NCBI GenBank assembly: GCA_047285535.1
Contig: JBJBDC010000001.1
Span: forward strand, 2,784,136-2,848,135
Direction: 5' to 3'
Origin: Synechococcus sp.
Lineage (GTDB): Bacteria; Cyanobacteriota; Cyanobacteriia; PCC-6307; Cyanobiaceae
Length of the DNA stretch: 64,000 nucleotides
Shown: one piece after another, positions 56,198 to 64,000 of the stretch
Position numbering within the stretch: the first letter of the stretch is position 1
Layout: the number at the start of each line of letters is the position of its first letter
Position numbers and translations under genes: made by a program
The notes under the pieces: generated by a model
Seen by the model: only the letters and a program-made list of their open reading frames with translations
Databases searched by the model: none
Told to the model about the DNA's origin: nothing

Positions 56198-57544
56198 ATG
56201 AATGTCTATGCACTTGTTTTGAGTAAGCTCGCAAGATTTGACAATATCCATCCTGGTCTGACTTGTGACCACGCTCTTCATTTGTTGATGAAACCTGTCA
56301 ATGAGCAAGATTCAGAAAGTGATTTTTATACAGCCGCAGCACATTTAATTAATTGCCCATCTGATAAAACGCAGCAAGCATTGATTGAATTTTTGGAATG
56401 TCGAAGTTCTTCCAATCAATCAGTAAAAATCGCCAAACGTAAAATTGTAGAAGTCCTTGCACGTCTTGGCGCTGTAGATGCAATAGCTGCTATCGGCAAA
56501 TGTCTATGGTCAGACGATCAATACTTGGTAGAAAATACTGTTTGGTCGTTACAAAGGTTGCATTGCCAGGATGAGGCTTTGATAGATAAAATGATTGCGC
56601 TACTTGAGGCTAATACAGTCAATCAGCGAGTCATTATTCAATGCTTGGCATCTTTGAATGTTGCTAAAAGTTTGGATGTAATACATCCTTTTCAGTTTAA
56701 TGCGGTTCCAGGTATTCAAGGTGCTGCGATTGCGGCTGTGTCACGCCTGACAAATGATTCATCTCGGGTTTGTGAGATTACTAAGGGTTTGCTATTGCCT
56801 AATCAAATGGACAGGCATTGTGCGATTCAAGATTTAATCGATGCTCAAGCTGTTGATCAGCTTGGCGAAATTTTTAGTGCACCGGTATCTCCTGTCTTCA
56901 AAACGCGGGCATTACGTCAAATCTATGAAGGACGATCTCTCGAAAATATAGAGCCTAATATGCTTTCGTCGCTGGATTCTGTTTTGTCATGTGATTTATC
57001 GATGATTAATTATGTCCATCAATATGATACTGAACCGTCTGCTGAGTTCTTGATTCAAGAATTATATAATACAGATTTTGGGCGATGCTATCTGGCGCTT
57101 AAGTATTTGTATGCATATTCATCCGCCACGCTTTTTCCTGCCTTGAAAGTGTCATGGTTGGACGAAGCTCACAACGATTACGGAGCACATTATTTCTTTG
57201 CGTTTCTATTTGGTGCATTTTCAGATTGGCCTGAGGGATCTCAGGCTTGGATTTTTGAAACCCTCCTTTCGTCTATTTTTAATCTTAGACCGCAATTTCA
57301 GAAGAGCAGGGCTGCTGCGGTGATATCACTTTCCAAGTTAAATCCTTCACTACTGTGTGAGAGTCTGCCGAACATTCTTTCTGGTCGTGATGGCTTGCCA
57401 TGGGACATGCGCTACTGTCTCATCTATTGTTTGGATCATTATATTTCGATGGATAAATCAACGAAAGATGACTTGATCATGCAAGTCTCTGACGGTGATC
57501 GTGATGATTTTGTTCTTGCAAGAGCTCGAATGGCACTAGCATAG
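56198..57544 (+). CDS. cpeY: Phycoerythrin alpha lyase CpeY
   Basis: RFDNIHP, AAAHL, NDYGAHY, KSRAAA; followed by cpeZ; true start may be TTG 56219. Confidence 0.88.
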   Translation: MNVYALVLSKLARFDNIHPGLTCDHALHLLMKPVNEQDSESDFYTAAAHLINCPSDKTQQALIEFLECRSSSNQSVKIAKRKIVEVLARLGAVDAIAAIGKCLWSDDQYLVENTVWSLQRLHCQDEALIDKMIALLEANTVNQRVIIQCLASLNVAKSLDVIHPFQFNAVPGIQGAAIAAVSRLTNDSSRVCEITKGLLLPNQMDRHCAIQDLIDAQAVDQLGEIFSAPVSPVFKTRALRQIYEGRSLENIEPNMLSSLDSVLSCDLSMINYVHQYDTEPSAEFLIQELYNTDFGRCYLALKYLYAYSSATLFPALKVSWLDEAHNDYGAHYFFAFLFGAFSDWPEGSQAWIFETLLSSIFNLRPQFQKSRAAAVISLSKLNPSLLCESLPNILSGRDGLPWDMRYCLIYCLDHYISMDKSTKDDLIMQVSDGDRDDFVLARARMALA

Positions 57545-57619
57545 CCTTTCGCAATTTGTCAAATATTAGGCCTCGTTATTGCCTCCTGCTAGAATTGATA
57601 AAGTCTTTGTTTTTACATT

Positions 57620-58246
57620 GTGTCTTCAATAATTCCATTGGATGATTTGTTTTTAGACCTATCTCACCCTAATCCTAATATTAAGATGGAGGCATGTGTA
57701 GCCATGTCAGAACATTACTTTGATGAGGCATTGCCCCGCTTGCTTGATTTATTGAAAGACCCTGACCCTCAGATCTATCGATCGGCCGTTAAGGGTTTAG
57801 GTGTATTTGGTCACCAAACATTATCGCCCCTACTTGAGCTTTACCATTCTACTGAAAATTGTACTGTTAAAGCCTGTTGTATTAAAGCTTTTGTGCAAAT
57901 TGCTGTTAATTATCCAGATACAGCTTTTCCTGATGAGTCGATTATTGTATTAAAGGATGCGCTCGATGATGCTAATCCCGTTGTATCTCAATCTGCCTTG
58001 ATGACGCTTGGGTATTTTTCCAAGTTAGAACATGAGAAAGAACGTGTGATTCCTCTTTTGATTCATGCTTGTCATAGCACTAACATGGCGCATGTACAGT
58101 CAGCGGTAATGTCCCTTGCTGAAGTACACTCTAAGCAGGTGGATCAGTGTTTCGCGAATTTAATCAATGATGAATCTACTGATGGATTGATTAAGGAAGT
58201 TCTGGAAGCAAGTATGTCTCGTCGACAAAGCCTTTTTGGGAGTTAG
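57620..58246 (+). CDS. cpeZ: Lyase chaperone CpeZ
   Basis: L.HPNPN, YRSAVKGLGVFG HEAT repeats; follows cpeY. Confidence 0.88.
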   Translation: MSSIIPLDDLFLDLSHPNPNIKMEACVAMSEHYFDEALPRLLDLLKDPDPQIYRSAVKGLGVFGHQTLSPLLELYHSTENCTVKACCIKAFVQIAVNYPDTAFPDESIIVLKDALDDANPVVSQSALMTLGYFSKLEHEKERVIPLLIHACHSTNMAHVQSAVMSLAEVHSKQVDQCFANLINDESTDGLIKEVLEASMSRRQSLFGS

Positions 58247-58248
58247 AT

Positions 58249-59148
58249 TTAATTTTGGCATTTTGCTAGCTGATTTCTCGCTACTATGAGTACCTTCTTG
58301 ACTTGTTCATCAGATTCTTTCTCAATCGCTTGCTCTATAGAGGTAATCGAAATAACTGACTGCATTTTCATCAGTGATAAGGCAGTATTTTTTCGTACTT
58401 GATCGTTTTGATCTTGCAATAATCGATGTAGTTCGTCGGCAGCGTCTTCTTGGTCCATGGATTTCCCTACGATCGTCGCTGCTTCTGCTCTGACTTCACT
58501 TTCAGGATCTTTCAATCCATTCAAAACTAGTAATCTGGCATCTCCGTTTTGGCTGGATTGGGCTTGTTCTGCTAAAGCATTCAATGCTGCTATTCTAATT
58601 TCTTTGTTTGTAGATTTTGTTGCTGTCTTAAAGGCTAATGGATTTGCTGACCCAATAAAACCTAAGGCGAGATTGATCAAACCTATCTGAAAAGCAGTGC
58701 AATTATTTTCAGTTAAAATTTTAAGCATTGGTTCAATTGCTGGCTCTCCTATTGTTGCCATCGCACCAGCTGATGATCCTTGCACCACAGGATCTTGATC
58801 TGTTTCAAATGCTTCCACAAGATTTGGAAGTGCTTTTTTATTTCCGATTAGATTTAATGTTTTAGCGGAAGCTCTTCGAATGAGGATATTGGAGCTATTT
58901 TTTAGCGCTTCGCATAGTATTGGTATCGCTTCTTCTCCTATTGAACCCAGACTTTTTGCAAATGTTAGTCTTAATTCTCCTCTGTCATCCCCTAATCCTG
59001 AAACCATTCTATTTAATGATTCCAGGTCAGAATTTGGTAATTCTCCTTGGCTCAATTTTTGTTTGAGTTCATTGGCAAGTTCAAGTGCTTCTTCCTGAGT
59101 CAATGTCTCGTTATGCATCATCTCTTGATGAGATTGGACTCCTGGCAT
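58249..59148 (-). CDS. mpeU: HEAT-repeat lyase-isomerase MpeU
   Basis: Paralog of the 54340 gene (GLGDDRG, RRASAKTL); located downstream of mpeC; start ATG 59148 or 59121. Confidence 0.82.
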   Translation of the reverse strand: MPGVQSHQEMMHNETLTQEEALELANELKQKLSQGELPNSDLESLNRMVSGLGDDRGELRLTFAKSLGSIGEEAIPILCEALKNSSNILIRRASAKTLNLIGNKKALPNLVEAFETDQDPVVQGSSAGAMATIGEPAIEPMLKILTENNCTAFQIGLINLALGFIGSANPLAFKTATKSTNKEIRIAALNALAEQAQSSQNGDARLLVLNGLKDPESEVRAEAATIVGKSMDQEDAADELHRLLQDQNDQVRKNTALSLMKMQSVISITSIEQAIEKESDEQVKKVLIVARNQLAKCQN

Positions 59149-59245
59149 GTTCAAGCAATCGATCTTCTTATAATCTAACCTATTGTTTAGGTTTTTTCTT
59201 TGTTGGCTAAATGTTTGATGGATGGGAGCAGCTTTAAACTTATCC

Positions 59246-59275
59246 AAAAAAATGCCCCCGCTATTGCAGGGGCAT
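59246..59275 (-). terminator. Intrinsic terminator after mpeC
   Basis: Minus strand ATGCCCCTGC-AATA-GCGGGGGCAT then T run. Confidence 0.8.
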
Positions 59276-59301
59276 CAAGTTTTTATCTTGCCATTTGAAA
59301 T

Positions 59302-60183
59302 CTAGAAAAAGATGCCAAATGGACGGAATGGTACGTAATCACTCATCGCTGGTACATTGTGACCTGTGTACTGTTGTTGAGGAAGTTGTACGGGGATTTT
59401 GGTCACAGAGACGTAGTTGAAAGGCTGAGGCTTATTATCTTCTCTTGTGGCAATTGCTAATGGATTAATTGTTTTGCTTTGTCGACCTTGCGCATTATCA
59501 CTAATGGCGACTTTCATGCCACCAAGATCCCTCATTAAGTTGAAGGACCGAGTATACATTCCTGCATAGGAATCCTTCGTGCGGTCGTAAGGAACGATAT
59601 CTGCACCAAAGACTTCTGTGTATTCTGCAGAATCTGTCAGGGTGTCGATTAGTGCATCAAAGCCTTCTTCTGCCTGTAGTTTGATATGGTCTTGAACTTC
59701 TTGCTGGTCTAGAGGTGCTCGTCCCAGCAAATGCTTGAAGTTGAGCTCAATTCCACGTTGGGCTCCTACAGCATGGAAGAAATTGTCCTTGTAGAAGTCA
59801 GATTTAGCCAGGCCATTGACAAAATCACGTACGGTGATTTCCCCATTCATCAGACGTACTTCGAGAGAAGTCTCACGCTGGTTGTCTGTTGGAGGAAGAT
59901 TGCCAAGTACTTGACGATAGGCAGCAGCAATGACCCTTTCTAGGGCAGCACTGTTGTCTGGAGCATACTGATCGAATGTGACTCTGAATGGGCAATCTGA
60001 GAGCAGCCTTGGACCGATTCCAATACCCATTGCTGCGCAGTGCTGGCGCTTGTATTCAGCAATGGCACCAGCAACTGTGCGAGGAACAGTGTTTTTACCA
60101 GCTTTGCTTTTGGTTGAGAAAGCAGCAGGACCGGTTCTGGTCGCTGCAGTAAGCGCTTTCAGGCTTGTTTCTGCTCCGAGCAT
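59302..60183 (-). CDS. mpeC: Phycoerythrin II-associated linker (gamma chain)
   Basis: MLGAETSL, YRQVLGN, TVRDFV, KHLLGRAP, EY..FG..IVPY; 293 aa after mpeA. Confidence 0.92.
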   Translation of the reverse strand: MLGAETSLKALTAATRTGPAAFSTKSKAGKNTVPRTVAGAIAEYKRQHCAAMGIGIGPRLLSDCPFRVTFDQYAPDNSAALERVIAAAYRQVLGNLPPTDNQRETSLEVRLMNGEITVRDFVNGLAKSDFYKDNFFHAVGAQRGIELNFKHLLGRAPLDQQEVQDHIKLQAEEGFDALIDTLTDSAEYTEVFGADIVPYDRTKDSYAGMYTRSFNLMRDLGGMKVAISDNAQGRQSKTINPLAIATREDNKPQPFNYVSVTKIPVQLPQQQYTGHNVPAMSDYVPFRPFGIFF

Positions 60184-60392
60184 GATGAAGATGGGGGGTG
60201 TGGTGTGTTGAATTCGCCTCTACATCTCAGGGCAAGAAATCAATTATGCCCAGAAATTGTAAGGCTTAATATGGCCCAATTATGCTTCGCCATCGAGTCA
60301 TCGTACCTATTGATAAAATAACGCAAAGGCGACAGTTTGATTAAAAGGCTGATCGTCTAATGTGACTTTAATTCGAACGATTTAAATTCCTG

Positions 60393-60420
60393 AAAAAAAA
60401 GGGTGGGCATAGCCCACCCT
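60393..60420 (-). terminator. Intrinsic terminator after mpeA
   Basis: Minus strand AGGGTGGGC-TAT-GCCCACCC then T8. Confidence 0.9.
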
Positions 60421-60461
60421 GTTTTCCTATGCGGATTAAAATCAGTCCTTGGGGATGAATA

Positions 60462-60959
60462 TCAACCCAGGGAGTTGATCACATAGTCGAGCAGAGTGTT
60501 GTAAGCAGTCAGAGCTTGTGCACTCATGTCACGAGGTGAGCAACCATCGTTACGCATGTTGGAGAAGCCAGCCACGTAGGTACCAGCATCGATGCTGAGA
60601 GCCTTGTAAACTTCTTTCTGGCCGTTGATTGCCAGTTCGTCAAGTGGGCCAGTGCCACCTGTTACGAGGCAATAGTTGATCAGACGCAGGTAGTGAACGA
60701 AGTCACGCTTGCACTTCTCTTTGCCCTCAGTAGCGCACTTGCGTGGCTGGCGGCCAGTGGCGCCATTGGGATACTGAGCGTAGACAGCGTCGACAGCACG
60801 CTGAGCAATCGCGTCGTAGTTAGAGGCAAGCTTTTCAGCGGCTTCAAGACGAGCAGCTGCGCGTTGGATAGAGCCCTGTACGGACTCCATGTCTGAGGCT
60901 GAGGGGAAGCGTGAAGCGCTGTCGGCTGAGCCAACAACTGTGGTGATAACAGACTTCAT
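60462..60959 (-). CDS. mpeA: Phycoerythrin II alpha subunit
   Basis: 165 aa with Cys75 (QPRKC), Cys83 and Cys140. Confidence 0.97.
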   Translation of the reverse strand: MKSVITTVVGSADSASRFPSASDMESVQGSIQRAAARLEAAEKLASNYDAIAQRAVDAVYAQYPNGATGRQPRKCATEGKEKCKRDFVHYLRLINYCLVTGGTGPLDELAINGQKEVYKALSIDAGTYVAGFSNMRNDGCSPRDMSAQALTAYNTLLDYVINSLG

Positions 60960-61002
60960 GAGTTGGAAGTGAGTGGTGTTTAACGATTAAAAGAATTCAG
61001 GT

Positions 61003-61701
<699 letters not shown>

Positions 61702-61732
61702 TCAGACTGACTTTTGGACTCTTTGCAAAAAG

Positions 61733-62929
61733 TTATGAAAACTCTTTAAGCACTTGAGCGCAGCTCCATTTCAGTGGCATCCATTTGGAGCTGGTGTTGA
61801 TTGCCTTCAGAAGCTCTAACTGGTCTGTTAGCTCAAGCTTGAGACAAGCCCACGCTGCTGCAACCCTTGATTTCGCATATTGAGGCAGGGTCTCTGCCAG
61901 TGACGTTCTGATCAGCTCGGATCGCTCATGAATGGAGTCGAGTCCAATCAATGAGGTCAGAAGATAGTTGGCTCCGTAATCACTCCAAAGACGCGAGTGA
62001 ATTCCATCAATGATTTCGAGCTGTTCAGCTCTTGGCATCTTTAGGATTGTGAGAGCAGCTCCATATTGTTTCCCTTCATCTCGATGCTGCAGATTTTTCT
62101 CAATCTCGATGGGGTCAGACTTGCATATCCACTCTTCACGGATGCAAAGATTCCTGGGATCATCATTTAGCAACATCGTGATCATTTTGATATGTTGCTC
62201 AGGTACTGATCCTTTTTTATGTGGGTCAACGAGTTGAAAGGCACTCTTGGCTCTCAACGGCATGGATACAGCAGACTTGATGAGATATTCCAGCATGTTG
62301 ATATCTCCAGCATCTCCGAGGTCGATGACGGCAGAGCGTCGCCAGCCTGCTTGAGGGACAAGGAGTTGCGGAATTAAAGGTGTTAGTTCTTTTAGATCTC
62401 CCTCAACCCGCGCACAAAATGCCCTTGCTGCACCTGCTACGAGAGGATTTTCATCATGTATCAGAGTTCGGATTGATTGAGAGCCGCTTTTCAGACCAAG
62501 TCGTGTATGCGCCTGGATCACAGATCGCTTCTGTGGATCACTACCTTGTAAAACTTTTAGAAGTGCTTTGCTTTGTTCGTCACTTAGATCAGCTGATATT
62601 TGGCTAATTGAATCAGTCGCATTGATGACCGCAGGCTCATCATCATATTCAAGTGCTTTGAAGAGGCAATTTAAAGCTTGCGTGTCCTTCCTGCGTCCCA
62701 ATGCCTCTATTGCCTTGCGTCGTGTGATTCTGTTGAAAAGGTTCTCCGGATCAAGATCAACTGCCTGAATGAGAGCTTGCAACGATGCATCACTTGTACA
62801 TGCAGCAAGCCTTGTTGCAGCCATGTATTTATCGACTGGATTCGTTAATGATGTGGGATCAGATAAGAGGATATCTATTGATTTCTCTTCGGATAGGCCC
62901 TCGAACAAAATGTCAAACCGCTCTGCCAT
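61733..62929 (-). CDS. mpeY: MpeA Cys83 lyase of the MpeQWYZ family, lyase-type (MpeY)
   Basis: 398 aa upstream of mpeB; Y318-G319-A320 and K353 by direct count. Confidence 0.8.
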   Translation of the reverse strand: MAERFDILFEGLSEEKSIDILLSDPTSLTNPVDKYMAATRLAACTSDASLQALIQAVDLDPENLFNRITRRKAIEALGRRKDTQALNCLFKALEYDDEPAVINATDSISQISADLSDEQSKALLKVLQGSDPQKRSVIQAHTRLGLKSGSQSIRTLIHDENPLVAGAARAFCARVEGDLKELTPLIPQLLVPQAGWRRSAVIDLGDAGDINMLEYLIKSAVSMPLRAKSAFQLVDPHKKGSVPEQHIKMITMLLNDDPRNLCIREEWICKSDPIEIEKNLQHRDEGKQYGAALTILKMPRAEQLEIIDGIHSRLWSDYGANYLLTSLIGLDSIHERSELIRTSLAETLPQYAKSRVAAAWACLKLELTDQLELLKAINTSSKWMPLKWSCAQVLKEFS

Positions 62930-63103
62930 GATCCTATCTTTTAGTCATTTCTATAATGACTATAATTAGGTTTTAATTCTACCATGATGCTCTCGTCAAG
63001 ACTGACTCAGTCTTTAGATCTCTTCTTTTTTGATCGCGATTGACGCAGCTTGTCTGCGATCTGTGTCAATGATATATAATGGTTGCAGTATGTGGTATTA
63101 GGT

Positions 63104-63424
63104 ATGCCAGTATCTGTTGAATCCGAAAAAGCTTTGCCTCGATTTGTTGAATCGGTTGCAAGTAATGCTGAAATTCAGGAAAGGCTCAATGATCTGACAG
63201 ATATTGATTCACTTCGTAAGTTGATTTTGTCAATCGAGCCCTCCTTGACAGGTTCTGCTTTGATTCCTTATGAGCAAGCAACCAGCCCCCCAAAAATCAC
63301 GATTGATTCAGGTGTTCTTGTTGCTGATATCCCGTGGCGGTTGCTTCGATGTCCTGGAGGACCACTCGTATTGCAGATGATTTGTAAAAAAGTGAATTTT
63401 GCTGTTTGGATTGAGGCTTGTTAA
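63104..63424 (+). CDS. Hypothetical protein of the phycobilisome region (Nif11-like N-terminus)
   Basis: WRLLRCPGGPLVLQMIC; divergent from mpeY; ATG 63104. Confidence 0.75.
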   Translation: MPVSVESEKALPRFVESVASNAEIQERLNDLTDIDSLRKLILSIEPSLTGSALIPYEQATSPPKITIDSGVLVADIPWRLLRCPGGPLVLQMICKKVNFAVWIEAC

Positions 63425-63426
63425 GG

Positions 63427-63702
63427 ATGGAAACTTGCCAGATAGACGAATTTGTTAAAGCTGTTGTCTATGACCATTCCATTGCCACTGGTCTTAAATC
63501 ATGCACAACGCAAAATGAGATCGTCCTTTATGCCAAATCTCAAAATTTTCATTTTACTCTTGAGGATTGGAAGCATTCTGTAGATTCTTATATCACGTCG
63601 CTTCATTCAGAACAACAAGAAGAAATTCTTCAGTGTGATTCATCTCACTGGTCTTGGGCGTTTCGTCAAACAGCTGCTTGGCGAGCTATGTTGATGGAGT
63701 GA
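63427..63702 (+). CDS. Nif11-like domain protein
   Basis: IDEFVKAV..D....GLK, IV.YAKSQNFHFT; HWSWAFRQ. Confidence 0.75.
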   Translation: METCQIDEFVKAVVYDHSIATGLKSCTTQNEIVLYAKSQNFHFTLEDWKHSVDSYITSLHSEQQEEILQCDSSHWSWAFRQTAAWRAMLME

Positions 63703-63770
63703 GATCTTCTTCTCTGGCTACGCTTAGGCTAAATGCTTAGGATTTGAAAAGGCTCTTGTTTACACATCCC

Positions 63771-64000
63771 ATGACGACTACCCCTTCAGATTCTCAAAAG
63801 GATTCTAATCTTGAATCGTTTGTTGCACTTGCTCATCAGGATTCAAATCTTCGAGATGAGATTAAAGCTGCACTAAATCAGGATCAGGTTATTGACATTG
63901 CTGCGTCTCGTGGTTTCACTTTTGATTCTTTGACTATTTTAAGACGATGGAGTAAGCACACTGATTTTTCTCAGGATACCTGGTTGGGTTGGTTTAGCGA
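63771..64000 (+). CDS. Nif11-like domain protein (runs off window)
   Basis: Own translation MTTTPSD...LESFVALAHQDSNLRDEIK...VIDIAASRGFTF...WLGWF; absent from the ORF track because the stop is outside the window. Confidence 0.75.
   Translation, partial: MTTTPSDSQKDSNLESFVALAHQDSNLRDEIKAALNQDQVIDIAASRGFTFDSLTILRRWSKHTDFSQDTWLGWFS

Overview
Core-chromosome window from a marine picocyanobacterium (Synechococcus-like, phycoerythrin-II containing). From left to right it holds: (1) the start of the large ribosomal protein operon (rplC to rplP, plus partial rpmC) on the minus strand; (2) a housekeeping stretch (ndhN, ldpA, ycf45, recA with a LexA box, tyrA, crtD, JAB/moeB, cobO, larE, gad, speD, recF, ppc, gshA, trpE, psaD, Hik2-like kinase, rodA, mrp, hemF, ccb1, pex, rnd, purM, rlpA, panC-cmk) with three tRNAs (Gln-UUG, Arg-CCG, Cys-GCA); (3) a small decayed patch after tRNA-Cys with a fragmented voltage-gated K+ channel and att-like motifs; (4) from about 46.5 kb, the phycobilisome rod region (ptpA, rpcG, rpcT, rpcAB, pebAB, cpeU, cpeBA, cpeF/mpeV, cpeY, cpeZ, mpeU, mpeC, mpeBA, mpeY-type lyase, Nif11-like genes). 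The most notable observation is a beta-phycocyanin whose segment before the beta-153 chromophore site is rewritten and carries an extra Cys. Others are probable non-canonical start codons for recF (ATT) and panC-cmk (CTG), a 32-aa four-Cys microprotein, a Gly319 (lyase-type) MpeY that predicts the pigment type, and a structured RNA element between rplC and ndhN. All calls come from reading the sequence and recalling family motifs; no searches were run.
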